Shown here: in pieces, positions 1-12,979 of the stretch
How positions within the stretch are numbered: position 1 is the stretch's first letter
How the letters are laid out: every line of letters starts with the position of its first letter
Assembly (NCBI RefSeq): GCF_006345805.1
Contig: NC_042998.1
Coordinates: 156,860,001-156,924,000 of the forward strand
Source: Octopus sinensis
Lineage: Eukaryota
Direction: 5' to 3'
DNA: 64,000 bases
Made by a program: the position numbers and the translations under genes
The notes under the pieces: model-generated
What the model saw: only the letters and a program-made list of their open reading frames with translations
The model's database searches: none
Told to the model about the DNA's origin: nothing

Positions 1-606
1 ATGACTAATCAAGTACATTGTTGTACACCAGCATTAATAATCCTCTCACCCCTAATCACGTCCAATCTTGGATTACTAAGACTGAGATCTGTCCAGTATT
101 ATCACCTATACGTGCCGAAATTATTAAAATAATATTTAGCTAATAATTATTTTAAATTAACTATTTGGTGCTTACTGCATTAAATATACTTATGATACTT
201 TTACTATTGTTTTTAATGAGGACGATATTTCCAAGTAATTAACCTCAGTAAATTTAGTTAAAATAAGACATTTATGTAGAGTCATAAATAAACTTTCAGA
301 AACCAAAAGCCATGATTTAGTCGAGACAGTTGACCACACGACGCAAGAGCATTTGAAACCAACGCTGCCGACACAGGGAACAAGTGTTACTTTTGCCTGA
401 ACCTTCAGCGACAGATTGCTCCTACTTTCTACTCAGTGAACTGAGTCATTCAAAGTTAAGCGATTTGATTACAGATCCAGTGCAGTTCAGTAACAATTAT
501 CTCGATTGTTTTTTTATCTATTATTATGTCCTCATAATCATCCATGCCGTCAGACGTTTTTTTTTTCAAATTGTAATCGTTATTTGAAAATGGAAAGTTG
601 TCTTAC

Positions 607-779
607 CGTGAACTTGCGGCCTAATAAATCTGTAGACTGATAAGGGACACCAATTTGAAGAACACTGGTCTTCGAATGGCTACCGGATGTGGTTATGATT
701 TTCCAAGAGTCGCCATCTTTTACATACTCAACTGTAATGCGAGCAGCTTTTAATTTCGCTCTGGCTTCTTCTGGAAGAC
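607..779 (-). CDS. Fatty acid-binding protein (FABP/iLBP family), coding exon 2
   Basis: tag|GT CTT CCA...TTC ACG|gtaag, 173 nt (the typical FABP exon-2 length), phase 1 to phase 0. Translates (G)LPEEARAKLKAARITVEYVKDGDSWKIITTSGSHSKTSVLQIGVPYQSTDLLGRKFT and joins exon 1 in frame. Not in the ORF track. Confidence 0.9.
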
Positions 780-1542
780 CTATTCATATTATAAAAAAAA
801 ATAATAGAAATATAATGGGAAATATTGGATGAAGTAGGTGAGAAATAGAAACAGAGGTAGATTTTGAGAGAAAAGACGATAAAGAAAAAAGAGAAAAGAA
901 CCAGGGTTATGTAAAAAAAGACTTCCACATATTGATTATTATTGACCTTTGTAGACTTTATTTAACAAATCCTTTCCCAATCTAAATAGTCCACTGAATG
1001 GGTATTTAACTACTCTTTCTGGAATAGATGAGAAGTTTATATTACACAAAATATTGCATGAAATTCTTTTCCTCAGAAAGTATTGCTGTCTGTTCTTTAT
1101 TCTTAACAAGCAATGTAGAATTAAGAATCATAACTAGAGATACAAAATGATTAGTAAATAATTAAGGTCTCCAATGGGTGTCATCTAAAGATGTTGGTTG
1201 TCTGATTCTGCCATCTAATGGCAGCTATGAAAGAAAAAAAAACTTAATAAACTAGACTGTACCTCAGTTTACCCACTTTCTGTAACATGTTAAATATTGC
1301 ATGTCCCTTTTTTGCATCTATCATTTTATTTTTGACCTATAAAAATGAAAATATATCCTTTGTTTTGCTGCTTTTCTTTACACGAAAACTGTTATTTTAA
1401 TGAGTTGTATCTATCACCCAAAGAGACACACTGTACCGTCAGATGCTCCTGAACCAGTTGTTAAGTATTTCACCCGTGAGGGATTAATGCCAGATGTGTT
1501 GAAACAATTGTTGTGTTTAATAAAAATTCTCTTATCTTCCAT

Positions 1543-2810
1543 CTGTTAATAAAAGCCAGGGTGCATTGCCTTCCGTTACTTAATCAGGGGAAAAAATGTA
1601 TAAGAAATACACAAACGAAAGTAAAAAGCGTACAATATATACTGAGTGCACAAACGGACAGAAGACAAGATAGAGAAGGTCCTTAGTTCTTCATCAGTTA
1701 TTAACCAAATGGTATCATTAATGATAAAACTGAGATGCTTCCTATGCTGGCGGTGCCTGCGAAAGTTGTGGAGAATACAGAGCCAAGAGCAATAAGAGAT
1801 ACTAAGATAATAAGAGATACAGAAGTGGACATACGAGAGTGAATAAATGTAATTTAAAGTGATGGACAAAGGACAAAGACGAAAAAAAAAAAAGAAACGA
1901 ACAGAATACAGCCTCAGGGCTAAAAGTACACAAATGGTGGGTAACGCTTAAAGGGCAATCCTAAAGGATTAAGGCAACAAAAAAGCAAGACGTGTACCAG
2001 TGGGACACAGAGAATTTAGGACCGGTCAGCTATGCAACCAATGTAAAAGAGGCAGAGAAAGAAAGGCTGGTCACAGGTCACATGTCAGCAGCAGGCAGAG
2101 GAGAGGGACAGAGAGGTAAAAAGAGAAGGAAAGACAGGAGAAGGAAGAAAGGCTAGAAATAGAGTTGCACGGATATATAAATATCTTACTGTTAATAAAA
2201 GCCAGGGTGTGTTGGTTCTGTTACTTAATAAGGGGAAAATCGTATTGCATGTGTATATGTGTGTGTTTTTTCCTGGAATGTGTGCGTGTATTTGTGCTCG
2301 AGAGTGGGGATATTGTGTTTGTGCGTGCACGCGCGCACGCGTGTGTGTGTGGTCGGGGTTAGATTGTTTTTGTTTGTGTGTTTCTGTGAGCGCTTGTTGT
2401 GCATGTGTACCTGTGGGGTAGGGGTATTGTGTTTATGTGTCGGCAGTCCAAGTATATTTTTTGAGTTGTGGTCTGTATTTGTGAGTAAGGATATTTTCCT
2501 TATTTATCTGTGTTTGGTCAGTGGTGCTGTCTGGGCACTGGTACAGTGGGAAAACTAGGAATTTGGGGGAATTATTTTGTGCAAAGAGATCTAAGTGGTA
2601 TCTGTCTTGTGGTGGGATCCCTCTGTTGTTGGCGGTGGACTGTCATCCTATCTCTGAGGGTAAGACTAGTTTGCCCTATGTAGTCTTTATGATACCTTTC
2701 ACACCTAATGGCATAAAGTAAATTTTTTGATGCGCAAGTGAATTTATATTTTACGACAAAAGTGTTCATCCGCTTTACTTTCCTGACCTTATTCCATCTG
2801 ACTATCATCT
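1543..2810 (-). mobile_element. Penelope-like element remnant (GIY-YIG endonuclease end plus pseudo-LTR repeat)
   Basis: ORF 2572..2808 has LLYAIRC...YIGQT...RMTVHRQQ (GIY-YIG). Direct repeat ctgttaataaaagccagggtg...ggggaaaa at ~1543 and ~2189. Confidence 0.75.
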
Positions 2811-3451
2811 TTTGCAGATCATAGCAGTTTATTTAAAAAATGATATTGAATATATTTTTGCTTCGGAAACTAAAAACTTTCACGCCCTAGGGAATCAGTT
2901 ATTTCCCAAATAGATTGGATTATGCTATTAATAATGATGGGAAATACTATCTTGATTAAATATATCAGTTAAAACTGAAGAAGCATTTGTTTCTTTCTTA
3001 TCCTCGTCTTTCCATCCTAATGCGCAGGCGTATAAACATGCATAAATACATGCATGCACACACACATATATACACAAGTGAATGGACAAACGAAAATAAA
3101 AGGCACCGAACGCAGTTAGTAGGAGTTACGTGTACTGTTATTTAAAACAGTTTGATTCGTCTCCATGCGAGCTTCAAACAGAAACCCAACTCTGCGGCAT
3201 AAGTTACCAAATGAAGAGGCATAAGAAGTCCATGATGACTACTAGAAAACGGGCTGCTAGTTGTCAAGGCAGATCACATGGTATTGTCGGTGAACGATCT
3301 ACGATTTAGCACCAATAGCAGGTCATTTTCCAGTAGCTATCTTGGACTTCCCACGTCTTTTCATTCGGTTACCCAAGCCTGAAAGAGACGGGTTTCTGTT
3401 AGAAGCTCGTGAAAATTTTAGTCGTATGGAGCCGAATCAAACTGCTTTAGA

Positions 3452-3510
3452 TAATAATAAAAATAATGATGGTGATGATGGTGATGGTGATGATGAAGAT
3501 GATGATGATG

Positions 3511-3570
<60 letters not shown>
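3452..3570. repeat. (GAT)n/(AAT)n compound microsatellite
   Basis: Visible triplet runs; source of the poly-D/N ORF at 3342..3707. Confidence 0.95.
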
Positions 3571-4810
3571 GTTTCTTCATTATTAACTACAAAGGGTTTA
3601 CATTCAGAAAAACATTATGGACAGTACAGGAAAAAACAATGAATGTATGTGTATGTGTGTGGTGTGTGTTGTGGGGGTTTTGCGATCTTCATAGTGGATT
3701 CAGTTGATAGCTGGATCCGTCCTACACGCGATAGCAGGTATTCGACATAAACCTAGAGGTCAGCAATGCTCGGACACTGAATGAGTGTATGCAGGACCGT
3801 CTTCTCGTCCTGCGCGCATCTCAGACATGCTCGGCTGATGGCACTTACGTACCTGTATAGTTTATCTCAAACAGGCAAAGCTCCCCGGTAACACTGCCAG
3901 GCCAGAAATTTTAGGAAGTCATCCATTAGTTCGAAAGTTCTTCCAAAAAGAGCAGCTAGTTGATCTTCGTCGACGCCAAAGGTCTCCCCAAGAACGTCGT
4001 CGCCAAGGAATGGCTATTTCTGGCGGCACCTGCTGTATGATGATTTTGGCCACCAGTCGCTGGCCGCAGTAGAAAGGAACCTGCAACAGCTCCTCGCTTT
4101 TGAGGGGTTTCAGAGAGTGAGATTTAGCACCCTCCTCTGTGCGGAATTTCTATAGATATTCATTTACATTCCAGGTGGAACCTAAAGCTTTTTGTATTTG
4201 AGCCTCTGTGACTCTTTCTACTTTCCTTGACTTTAATCCGATTGTACGGTACGCCACTGTGCGACGTATCGTTTTCTGGATAGTTTCAATGGGAGCCCGT
4301 CTCTCTCGATTAGCTGCCTGGCATTTTTAACTTTCTTATCTGGAAATTTGATTCTCTGAAATGATGACATGGTAGCACCAGTGAAGGAAAGTTTAGAGCT
4401 ATTCTAAACCGTTTTTGGCTCATTTCCTTCGTCGTGTTTATCAGTTGCTTTTGCTGATATCGCTGATGTTGTAGTTGTTGTTGGTGCTGCTGATGTTGTT
4501 GTTGCTGTTGTTACTATTACTTGCATCGTCCGTCGCTTCGCTCACGAAAGGGTCCCCATTGTTTACATCTTTGCAACTGCTGCTTCTATTTCGAACAATG
4601 TTGTCAAAAACAGAGCCGTTGTCCTTCCAAAGATACCCCAAGAGATTCTTTTCGAAACAATTGGTCCTGGTGTTTTTTTTTTGTTCTTTTTATCAACAAA
4701 AACACAGCCATCGTCTGTTTTTCTGTATAACGCACCATCGTTTGCCGCACTCGCACTCTCTCTTATTGACGTCTGGTAACGTTCCTCACTCTCTCCCCGT
4801 CTCTCACATA
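3570..4810 (-). mobile_element. Internally deleted Tx1/L1-like LINE
   Basis: 3570-4010 is clearly similar to the 3' parts of the LINE copies at ~5075-5490 and ~10600-10800. The upstream part looks like decayed ORF1/5' sequence (inference). Confidence 0.55.
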
Positions 4811-5069
4811 TGAGCGTCACCGTGTTTTGATGTGCTTTCTCCATGATGATGAGGAAAATGCAAACAACCTTTGATTGAAAAGCAAAATCAGTTGGCTTGT
4901 CCCCCACCCCAAACTGGGGGACAAATAGGAAAATAAACTCCCCACTCGACAGCAACCAACCTATTGTCCACGATGGTATGAACCTGAAGGGTGCAAGTAC
5001 ACGTATTACAAAACCTGCGGAGCGATGCCAAGCGAAGCTTGACAGACTGACAGCAATAACAACAACAAT

Positions 5070-6690
5070 ATTGATTTCTTTATTAACAAGGGTTTACATG
5101 AAAAACATTATGGACAGCACAGGACAAAAAAAAAATAAATAAACGTATGTGTGTGTATGTGTGTAGTTGTGAAGGTTTTGCGTGTGAACAAGTCTGATAA
5201 AATGAATAAAAAAAAGAGAGATCAACAATGTGTAATCCTTAATGAGGAGTAGACGTTCGAGGGCTGCTTATGGAAAAATCCCATAAAAACCATGGGTGCC
5301 TGCGTGCATCTCGGACATGCTCGGCTGATGGCACTTCCGTGCCTGTATAGCTTATCTCAAACAGGCAAAGCTCCCCGGTAGCACTGCCAGGCCAGAGATT
5401 TTTGGAAATCGGTCCCGGCCTAAAAGTTCTCCGGAAAAGTGCGACTAGCTTACCTTATTCGATGCCCAAAGTCTCCCCAAGAACGTCGTCGCACTTTCCC
5501 CCACTAATCCTCTTTAAAAAGCTAAAGTAGACGTTCCAACTATCGCACTGTCCAACTGGCTGAGGGCTCTGAGCGCTTGAAGACATTCCACTTTCCAAAT
5601 GTTCTCATTTGGTCTCTGTTTTACCCATGACTGCAACTCCGTTAAAGAAACTAGCTGCGGAAATACGTGCTTCGCGAAAGGCGAGCACACCTGTTCACCG
5701 TCAAGAAAGCATTGGAGATGTCGCAGCCTTAGTGCATGTCTGCGCATCATCAACCACGGCATGCCCAAGCCACCACTCAGCGGATGCTGACAGCAGTTAG
5801 ACCGCCTGACCATCGGGACACGTCCCTTCCACAAGAAGCGGAAGAGTATATGCTCCAGCGTAATCAGAGCGGCCAGGACAAGGCACGACAGTCAGGTAAT
5901 AGTAGCTGATGGACGCGATGCATGCGTTAGCCACCTCTGCCCATTTATGCTTGAGAGCAGTCACTCTGTTCGTTACCTCGTCACAGTTTTTGTCCAGCTG
6001 GAGGTCCGGACCGAACCAGATACCGAGCAATTTAACCGTTCTGTCCGTCCGGCACCCAACGACTCAATTGGACGGCATGGACTTTCTCCTCCAGGTACCG
6101 AGCCACAAGTCCACTGATTTTTCCTGGCAAATCGTCTCTCCTGAAACCGTCTCGTATTCCCTGAGAACGGTGTCGGTGTGCACCGATCTGTGCATAGATG
6201 TCGCTGAATACAGGCCCGAATCTAGCTGCCTTGAGGACCGCCGTCAGGCGTAAATGGTCAACCCTATCGAAAGCTCTAGACTTATCTAAATTGATCGGGG
6301 TCCCACCAGTACTATGTTCTTTAGTCACTTTTTCAATGATGTATCACATGAGGTGGAGGTTGTCGTGGATGGATCTTTTCGGGATGGCACATGTCTGTAT
6401 CTCCCCTAGCAGATCTCCGATGACAAGCGCCAACCTCGTAGCTAATCCTTTGACCAAAATTTTGAACTCGGCATTCAGCAGAGTTATGGGCCTAAAGTTG
6501 TCAAAACAGTCCCTCTTGTTCGGGTCTTTTCTCAGCAACGCCACCGCTCCTCGGCTCACAAAACTGAGAATTCTCCTGTTCTGTTGCCAGGTGCAGTAAG
6601 CGTTTGCTAAAAGATCACCAAACAAGTCTGGCATGTAAGCATAAAGCTCAGAGGGCACACCGTCCAAACCAAGCGATTTACCTGGGTGAG
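5070..6690 (-). mobile_element. Tx1/L1-clade LINE, decayed RT region
   Basis: DGVPSELY, FRPITLLNAEFKIL, LDKSRAFDRVDH, LGIWFG, GGLGMP motifs spread over several frameshifted ORFs. Confidence 0.85.
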
Positions 6691-6717
6691 CTCAGTGTCA
6701 TATATATATATATTTTA

Positions 6718-7045
6718 TCTCTTTTACTCGTTTCAGTTATACTGCGGCCATGCAGGGGCACTGCCTTGAATTTTTTCTCAGTACTTATTTAAAAAAAAAT
6801 CTGGTACTTATTCTATTGGTCTCTTTGCCGAACCACTAAGTTACGGGATTTAAATACACCGACACCGGTTGTCAAGCGTTGGTGGGAGACAAATACAGAC
6901 ACACGCACACACACGCACACAAGTGCGCGTGACGGACTCCTTTCAGTTTCTATCTACCAAATCCACTCACAAGGCGTTGGTCGCCCCGAGGCAATAGAAA
7001 AAGAAACTTGGCCAAGGTATCACGCAGTGGGACTGAACCTGGAGC
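6718..7045 (-). mobile_element. tRNA-derived SINE (octopus OR2-like)
   Basis: Similar to copies at 50670-51063 and 62140-62540 (ctaccaaatccactcacaaggc...cagtgggactgaacc). Family name from recall. Confidence 0.75.
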
Positions 7046-7789
7046 CCTCAACTAGTATCAAACGTGATGTGAACATCGTAATTTGTCATCAGAGTGGGAG
7101 CGACGTATCTTTGAAGCAGAGTCGAATATTATTCTCGGCAGCTTAACCAAGTCTTCAATAACTTTGCTGTGGCACTAAAACAACAATGCATCTTTACCAA
7201 AGCGATGAGAATCATCAAGGTGCATCCTGTTGTTTTCCACAAAGAATACATCAAAAGATTGTGGAGAAACGCAGTAAATTAAAGTCAAAACTCAGTCATT
7301 TGAATAATGCTAATAACTGAAAGCTATACGTAGATTAAAAAGAAATTATTGAGTTGCCAAGCCATATTTTAATAATTAATTGTTATATGGCTTAGCTTGA
7401 GTTAACTGCCATGGGAACGTATTATAGAATGGGCACACAAACAGTAGGGTCTAAAATATAAGCTTGGGGACTTGTGTGATGGAGTGTGACAGTGTACAGA
7501 ACTTCCAGAAGCCTGTTGTCACGGGTTTACATCTAAATCAGCAATATCTTATTAAGAATTTCAGCAAGATTAATGAGCTTCAGAGGAGGCTTCGTTATAG
7601 AGGCGTGTGAAAGAAATACTAACTCTATGAGCAAGGAACATATTCTCGGCAAATAGTGAAAGAAAATTGTCGATGAATGGCTGAAAAGACTAGGTATCCG
7701 GTTGATAACGGATGAAAGCAAAACTGTATGTAAAATATACATATATCATGCTGACAACAAATCCCACCAATAGAGAAGCTAATAATAAT

Positions 7790-8002
7790 GATTTCAAATT
7801 TTTCCACAAGGGCAGCAAAAATGCGGGGAGGGGATGAGTCGATTATATCGACCCCAGTGTTCAACCGATACATATTTTATCGACACTGAAAGGATGAAAG
7901 GCAAATTCGACCTCGGCGGAATTTGAACACAGAACGTAGACGGTTGAAATGCCGCTAAGCATTTTACCCGACGTGCTAACGATTCTGCCAGCTCGTCACC
8001 TT
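7790..8002 (-). mobile_element. tRNA-derived SINE with MESC/Meta-like core
   Basis: Reverse complement of the copy at 8034 (ttatcgac..aaaggatgaaaggcaaa..cgacctcggcggaatttgaac). Confidence 0.85.
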
Positions 8003-8033
8003 AAAAAGAAACTAATAATAATCTAATCTCTCA

Positions 8034-8415
8034 AAGGCAGCGATCTGGCAGAAACGTTAGCACGCCGGGCGAAATGCTTGGCGGTATTTCGTCTGCCGTA
8101 ACGTTCTGAGTTCAAATTCCGCCGAGGTAGACTTTGCCTTTCATCCTTTCGGGGTCGATAAATTAAGTACCAGTTACGCACTGGGGTCGATGTAATCGAC
8201 TTAATCTCTTTGTCTGTCCTTGTTCGTCCTCTCTGTGTTTAGCCCTTGTGGGTAGTAAAGAAATAGGTATTTCGCCCGTCTACGTTCTGAGTTCAAATTC
8301 TGCCGAGGTCGACTTTGTCTTTCATCCTTTCGGAGTCGATAAATTAAGTACCAGTTGCGTACTGGAGACGATCTAATCAAAAACTTCGGGCCTTATGCCT
8401 TGAGTAGAAAAGAAT
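8034..8415 (+). mobile_element. tRNA-derived SINE with MESC/Meta-like core plus partial tandem copy
   Basis: A-box-like tggcagaaacg, B-box gagttcaaattcc, core gcctttcatcctttcggggtcgataaattaagtacc; body repeated from ~8266. Confidence 0.85.
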
Positions 8416-8589
8416 GATGTAGTCTCTAATATCAAATAATAACCTGCTAGTAGAAATTCAGTTTTTCATTTGCTTTTCATCACAGGGATTAACACTTCTC
8501 TAAGGACTGCGATTTACAAAAAAAAAAAAAAAAAAAGAAAAAAGATTAACTAATAAATAGAAACTAAAAGTTATAGAGTGCTAGCTTTC

Positions 8590-8811
8590 TAATAGTAGCT
8601 GATGGACGCGATGCATGCGTTAGCCACCTCTGCCCATTTATGCTTGAGAGCAGTCACTCTGTTCGTTACCTCGTCACAGTTTTTGTCCAGCTGGAGGTCC
8701 GGACCGAACCAGATACCGAGCAATTTAACCGTTCTGTCCGTCCGGCACCCAACGACTCAATTGGACGGCATGGACTTTCTCCTCCAGGTACCGAGCCACA
8801 AGTCCACTGAT
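8590..8811 (-). repeat. 222-bp duplicate of LINE segment 5897-6118
   Basis: Appears base-for-base identical by eye, from taatagtagctgatgg to agtccactgat. Confidence 0.9.
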
Positions 8812-9253
8812 ATTCGCGGTTTGATTTCTGAGCTATTTTCATAAATGATACTTTTAACTATTAATTAACCACAAATCATCTATTTATAATTAAATAGCTG
8901 CGCAATATTTCTTAATTGCCGCCTCTTAATTATCTTATTGAACGAAGTTTCAATATTCTTGCGGCAATGGCTTAGGTCGAATTGTGCAGGTGAACCAAAA
9001 TGTCATTTAGAAATCCCCTTCAAACGGCCCAATGATTTATGCTATTCTCTCATAGACCTAGAAACTAAAAAAGAAACGCTTGAAGAATGATAGGAATAAA
9101 TAAACGAATGAATGAATGGATTTGTAACAACATTTAAAAAGTGTCAGAATAGTCAAACTGGATGCAAAGCGTCTCAAATAGAAGTATTTTTTTAAATAAA
9201 TAAAAGAGGAAGGAAAGTAAATATTACGAAATACAAAAAGAGAAAAACATTAC

Positions 9254-9329
9254 CTGTAGCATCAAGAAAGGCATCAAAGTTTGTTGGTTCTGCATCACTT
9301 TGTTCCCATTTTCCGACAAAGTTGTCCAT
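9254..9329 (-). CDS. Fatty acid-binding protein (FABP/iLBP family), coding exon 1
   Basis: ATG in gcaaagATG context; MDNFVGKWEQSDAEPTNFDAFLDAT(G)|gtaatg. Has the F-x-G-x-W...NFD signature and the conserved phase-1 intron in the Gly codon. Confidence 0.9.
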
Positions 9330-9405
9330 CTTTGCTTGCAAAGTATTTGAAATAGATATTAAAAACTTCGATCTCTTGCGATGCCACGCAGTACTTTAGT
9401 CAGTT

Positions 9406-9442
9406 GACTGATAGAAAGGAACAAGGAGGTCTATTATATATA
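9406..9442 (-). promoter_or_regulatory. Core promoter of the FABP gene: TATA box plus initiator
   Basis: TATATAA at 9440-9434 and TCAGTC Inr at 9411-9406 (A+1 = 9409), about 31 nt apart and 80 nt upstream of the ATG. Confidence 0.65.
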
Positions 9443-11946
9443 GATATATTTCTTATCTCGTAGACGGTCTAATCTTCCTTTTTTTTCTTCCTTAGTCTAG
9501 GGTACTTGATTATTTTTTTAATCTCTGATAGTTGCAAGAGGGTGTAGTGGTAGTGATGGTGGCGGTGATGATAATTACGATGATGATGTTGATACTGCTG
9601 CTGACTAAGTAACACATGTTCTATGACTCATAACTCGAGTATATTGACCACGCTGAAGAGGCCAATTTAAGTTTTGTTGATACACATTAGTTATCTTCGG
9701 GTTAAACTACATGTATTCGTACCTTTTGATAAGCTAAATATATTGATAACTTTTGATATTAGTTTACTCATTGATGATGATAAAGAGGACTCTGGAGCGA
9801 GACAGAAGAGGCGTCGGTCCGTTATGCATCAAATGGTTTACGCAGTGGTGTCATGGTGCTGGGACTGTAAAAGTGTAGAAATTGTTATGATAGTTGTAGA
9901 AGATAATTTTCTTTATTAGCCCCACATGGCCGAATACAGAGGGGACAAAATACAATGTAAAGTTTTTCTTTTCGAGAGAAAAAGAAGAAAATAGAGAGAA
10001 AAAAAAGGAGGAGAAAATAAATTTCCGATCAAAAGGGATAGTGTAAGAAAAAAAATCATCAAAAGGGATCGTGTATCACAATAAAAGAGTAAAAATGTAA
10101 AAAAAACACATTAGGTTTATCCGCGTAAAGAAAAGCGTACGAAAAGACCTCGGGCAATGAAATACAAAAGTACTTTAGTGCGAAGTACTCTCTTTTTCTT
10201 TCTCTTTGGTTCATAGGATAGACTCAAGGTGGGTCCATCATTCACACGTGCCATCCTTGCAACATTCACCCATCTTTTAATGAAAGTTCACCAGACAAAA
10301 CTTCCCTCTCTACTCTCATCTACCTTTTCAAGTGATACTTGAAAAAGTTGATGAGTGATTGACCAGAGAGGTAACTGTTTGTTTCTAGGCCTTTCAAACG
10401 CGTCTACCATATTCTTTCGCCATAGCCACTAGTACAATGAGAACAGCTCTTCCTTCCCGTTTGAAGGAAGGAGGCGGGGAAATATTAACGATAGGCTCGG
10501 CAGATAAACCAAATCGTTCCATACACGACAACAATTGTTCGACATAAGCACACAAGTCGGAAATGGTTTAACACTGCACAAGTGCGTGCAGAACGGCTTC
10601 GTCGGTCTGACCGCATCTGGGGTAGGCCGGCCCGGTGTTTCTAGAGCCATGCCTGTAGAGCTTATCTCGAACGCGTAGTGCTTCTCGATAGCACTGCCAG
10701 GGAAGTTGCCCATAGGTCCCGGCCCGAAAGTTGTCTTGAACAGGCGGGTCAGGTATTCTTCATCGACGCCCAGGTTCTCCCCAAGATCGTCGTCATACCT
10801 CCCCTCCACTAATCCTTTACAGAATGCTTTGGTGGTATTGCAGTCGTACAAGTTCAAACCGGGTCGGTAGAGCTGCTTGAAGGCAATGCGACACTCGCGG
10901 TGCCATTCGCCATTCCTCGGCCTCGTTTTGATCCACGATTGCAGTTCGGTCAAAGAGATGAGCTGCGGGAATGTGCGCCCCACAAACGGCGATCATACCT
11001 ATTCAACCTCGTCTATGAAGCGCCGGAGTTGTCGCAGTCTCAGCGCTTGTCTGCACATCATTAACCACGACATGCCCAGCCCTCCTATTAGCGGGTGTTG
11101 GCAGCAAACGGATTGCCTGACCATCGGTACGCTTTCTTTCCATGAGAAGCGAAAGAGGATGCGTTCCAGTTAGGTGATGGTAGGGTCAGGACAAGGAACG
11201 CCGGTAAAGCAGTAGTAGATGACGGACACGATGTACACGTTCGTCACCTCCGCTCGATCTCTTAGGAATAGCTTTCTCTCGGCCCATTACTGGGTGAGAG
11301 TGGTCGCTCTACTCGTGATCTCGTCCCAGTTCTTCTCCATTTGGAGGTTCGGACTGAACCAGACCCCGAGCAATTTAACCGGTCCGTCGGTTCAGCGTTC
11401 CACGACGGAGACGCTGTTGGACGGCATGGGCTTGCTTCTCCAGGTGCCGAGCCGCAAGTCCATGTTGTTGTTATATATATATAGTGTATTGAGTATTAAA
11501 GGAAGTAGTGAGTACTTAGTATGAAAGATTAAGAAAATGAGAGAGACTGAAAAAACATGTTAACGATACGAGATACTTTATTAGACTGCCGTTGTTGTAC
11601 AAGGTATTTGTTGTGGCGGGAAACTTACTGAATGTCCTTGTATCAAGGGAAACAATGGGCAACGTTGATTGTTCATGTTTGTTGTGATGATTACATAACA
11701 TCTTCCTTTTTTTATTTTATTTTTTTATTTATTTATTTATTTTATCTGTATCTACAGGGAATAATTATTCGTCGTCCACTTTTTGTGGTTTTATTATTTT
11801 GTAGTGTTGAATTCTGTAGTTGTGCTGTTTTTGTTTTTTCATGCGTGTTTGTTGACTTTGGAAATATATTTTCATAATCTAATTCTTCTGTTATGCGAAC
11901 GTGTTCGTTTGTTTTAAGAATATGTTGTCTATTTCGTTTGACTGTA

Positions 11947-12979
11947 TTACCTTCCTCTGTTATTACTAAGTATGAACGAGGTTGCTCTAGTTTTTTTAAT
12001 TATTTTGCCCCTTCTAAACCAATTGTTGTTAAACTTAATTCTAACCGTGTCGTGTGGTTTTAACTCTGGGAGTTCTGTTGTAATGTTTGATTTCTTCTTT
12101 TCGTGAGGCCTGATACCAATTTTGTCGTGTAGTATGTTTGGGAGATTTGTTCGCAATGTTCTATTCATTATTTGATTTGCAGGGGATGGTGCACCATTTT
12201 GTAATTTAGTCGTGTGTAATGCTAAGAGCGCTAACTGAGGTTCTTCGCCACTTTTGAATGCCTTTTTTAGCGTCTTTTTTATTGTCTGTATATTTCTCTC
12301 AACCATGCCATTCGCTTGATGATAATGCGGGCTTGTCTTCGTGTGATGAAAATGCCAATTTTTTGCAAATTTTTTGAATTCAGCCGAATTGAATTCTGGA
12401 CCGTTGTCACTTACAACTGTTTGCGGAATTCCGAATTTAGCAAAAGTTTCTTTTAATTTTTTGATTACGGTTTTTGACTGGCAATAATATATTTCGTGTA
12501 GATCAAAAAATCTTGTTGTATAGTCAATAATTGTGACATACGAATTTCCAGACAGGTGAAATACGTCTGTACCCACTTTGGTCCATGGTGTAGTAGGTAT
12601 TTCATGATTTATTAGTGGTTCGGCTGATTGTTGGTTTTTGTAGTCGATGCAGTATGAGCATGTGTTAATCATGTCTTTGATTTGAGCGTTAATGCCAGGC
12701 CAGTATATGCATTCCTTCGCTCTCTCTATGCATTTTTCGATACCCATGTGTCCGGTATGTATTTCCTGTAGAGCTTCTCTACGTAATGGCTTAGGTACAA
12801 TTATTCTTGAACCTTTTAGAATGAGACCATTGACGATTGATATTTCATCGCGAACGGATACGAATGGTTTGATGTTTATTGGTATTTTGTCTTTTGGGGG
12901 CCATTCTGTTCTTGTATATGTGATGAGTGTCTGTAGTGACGGGTCGTCTGCAGTGGCTTGCTTATTTATACTCTTTTAA
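11947..12979 (-). pseudogene. gypsy integrase (HHCC plus DD35E), disrupted
   Basis: H..HMGIEKC...CSYC, GTD, VSDNGPEF, NGMVER; stop at 12962 and frameshift near the C-terminus. Confidence 0.9.

Noticed and set aside
1-600. FABP exon 3
   Set aside because: No open phase-0 exon with FABP-like sequence found; probably outside the window.
1162-1224. Possible terminal exon (tag|LPLDGRIRQPTSLDDTHWRP*) in FABP intron 1
   Set aside because: Good acceptor, but no recognisable homology, and in the phase required after exon 1 it gives only a short unrelated peptide.
3342-3707. Poly-D/N ORF
   Set aside because: Translation of a triplet microsatellite and LINE tail.
8034-8125. tRNA genes at SINE heads
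   Set aside because: A/B boxes are present but there is no complete cloverleaf and each is followed by a SINE body.
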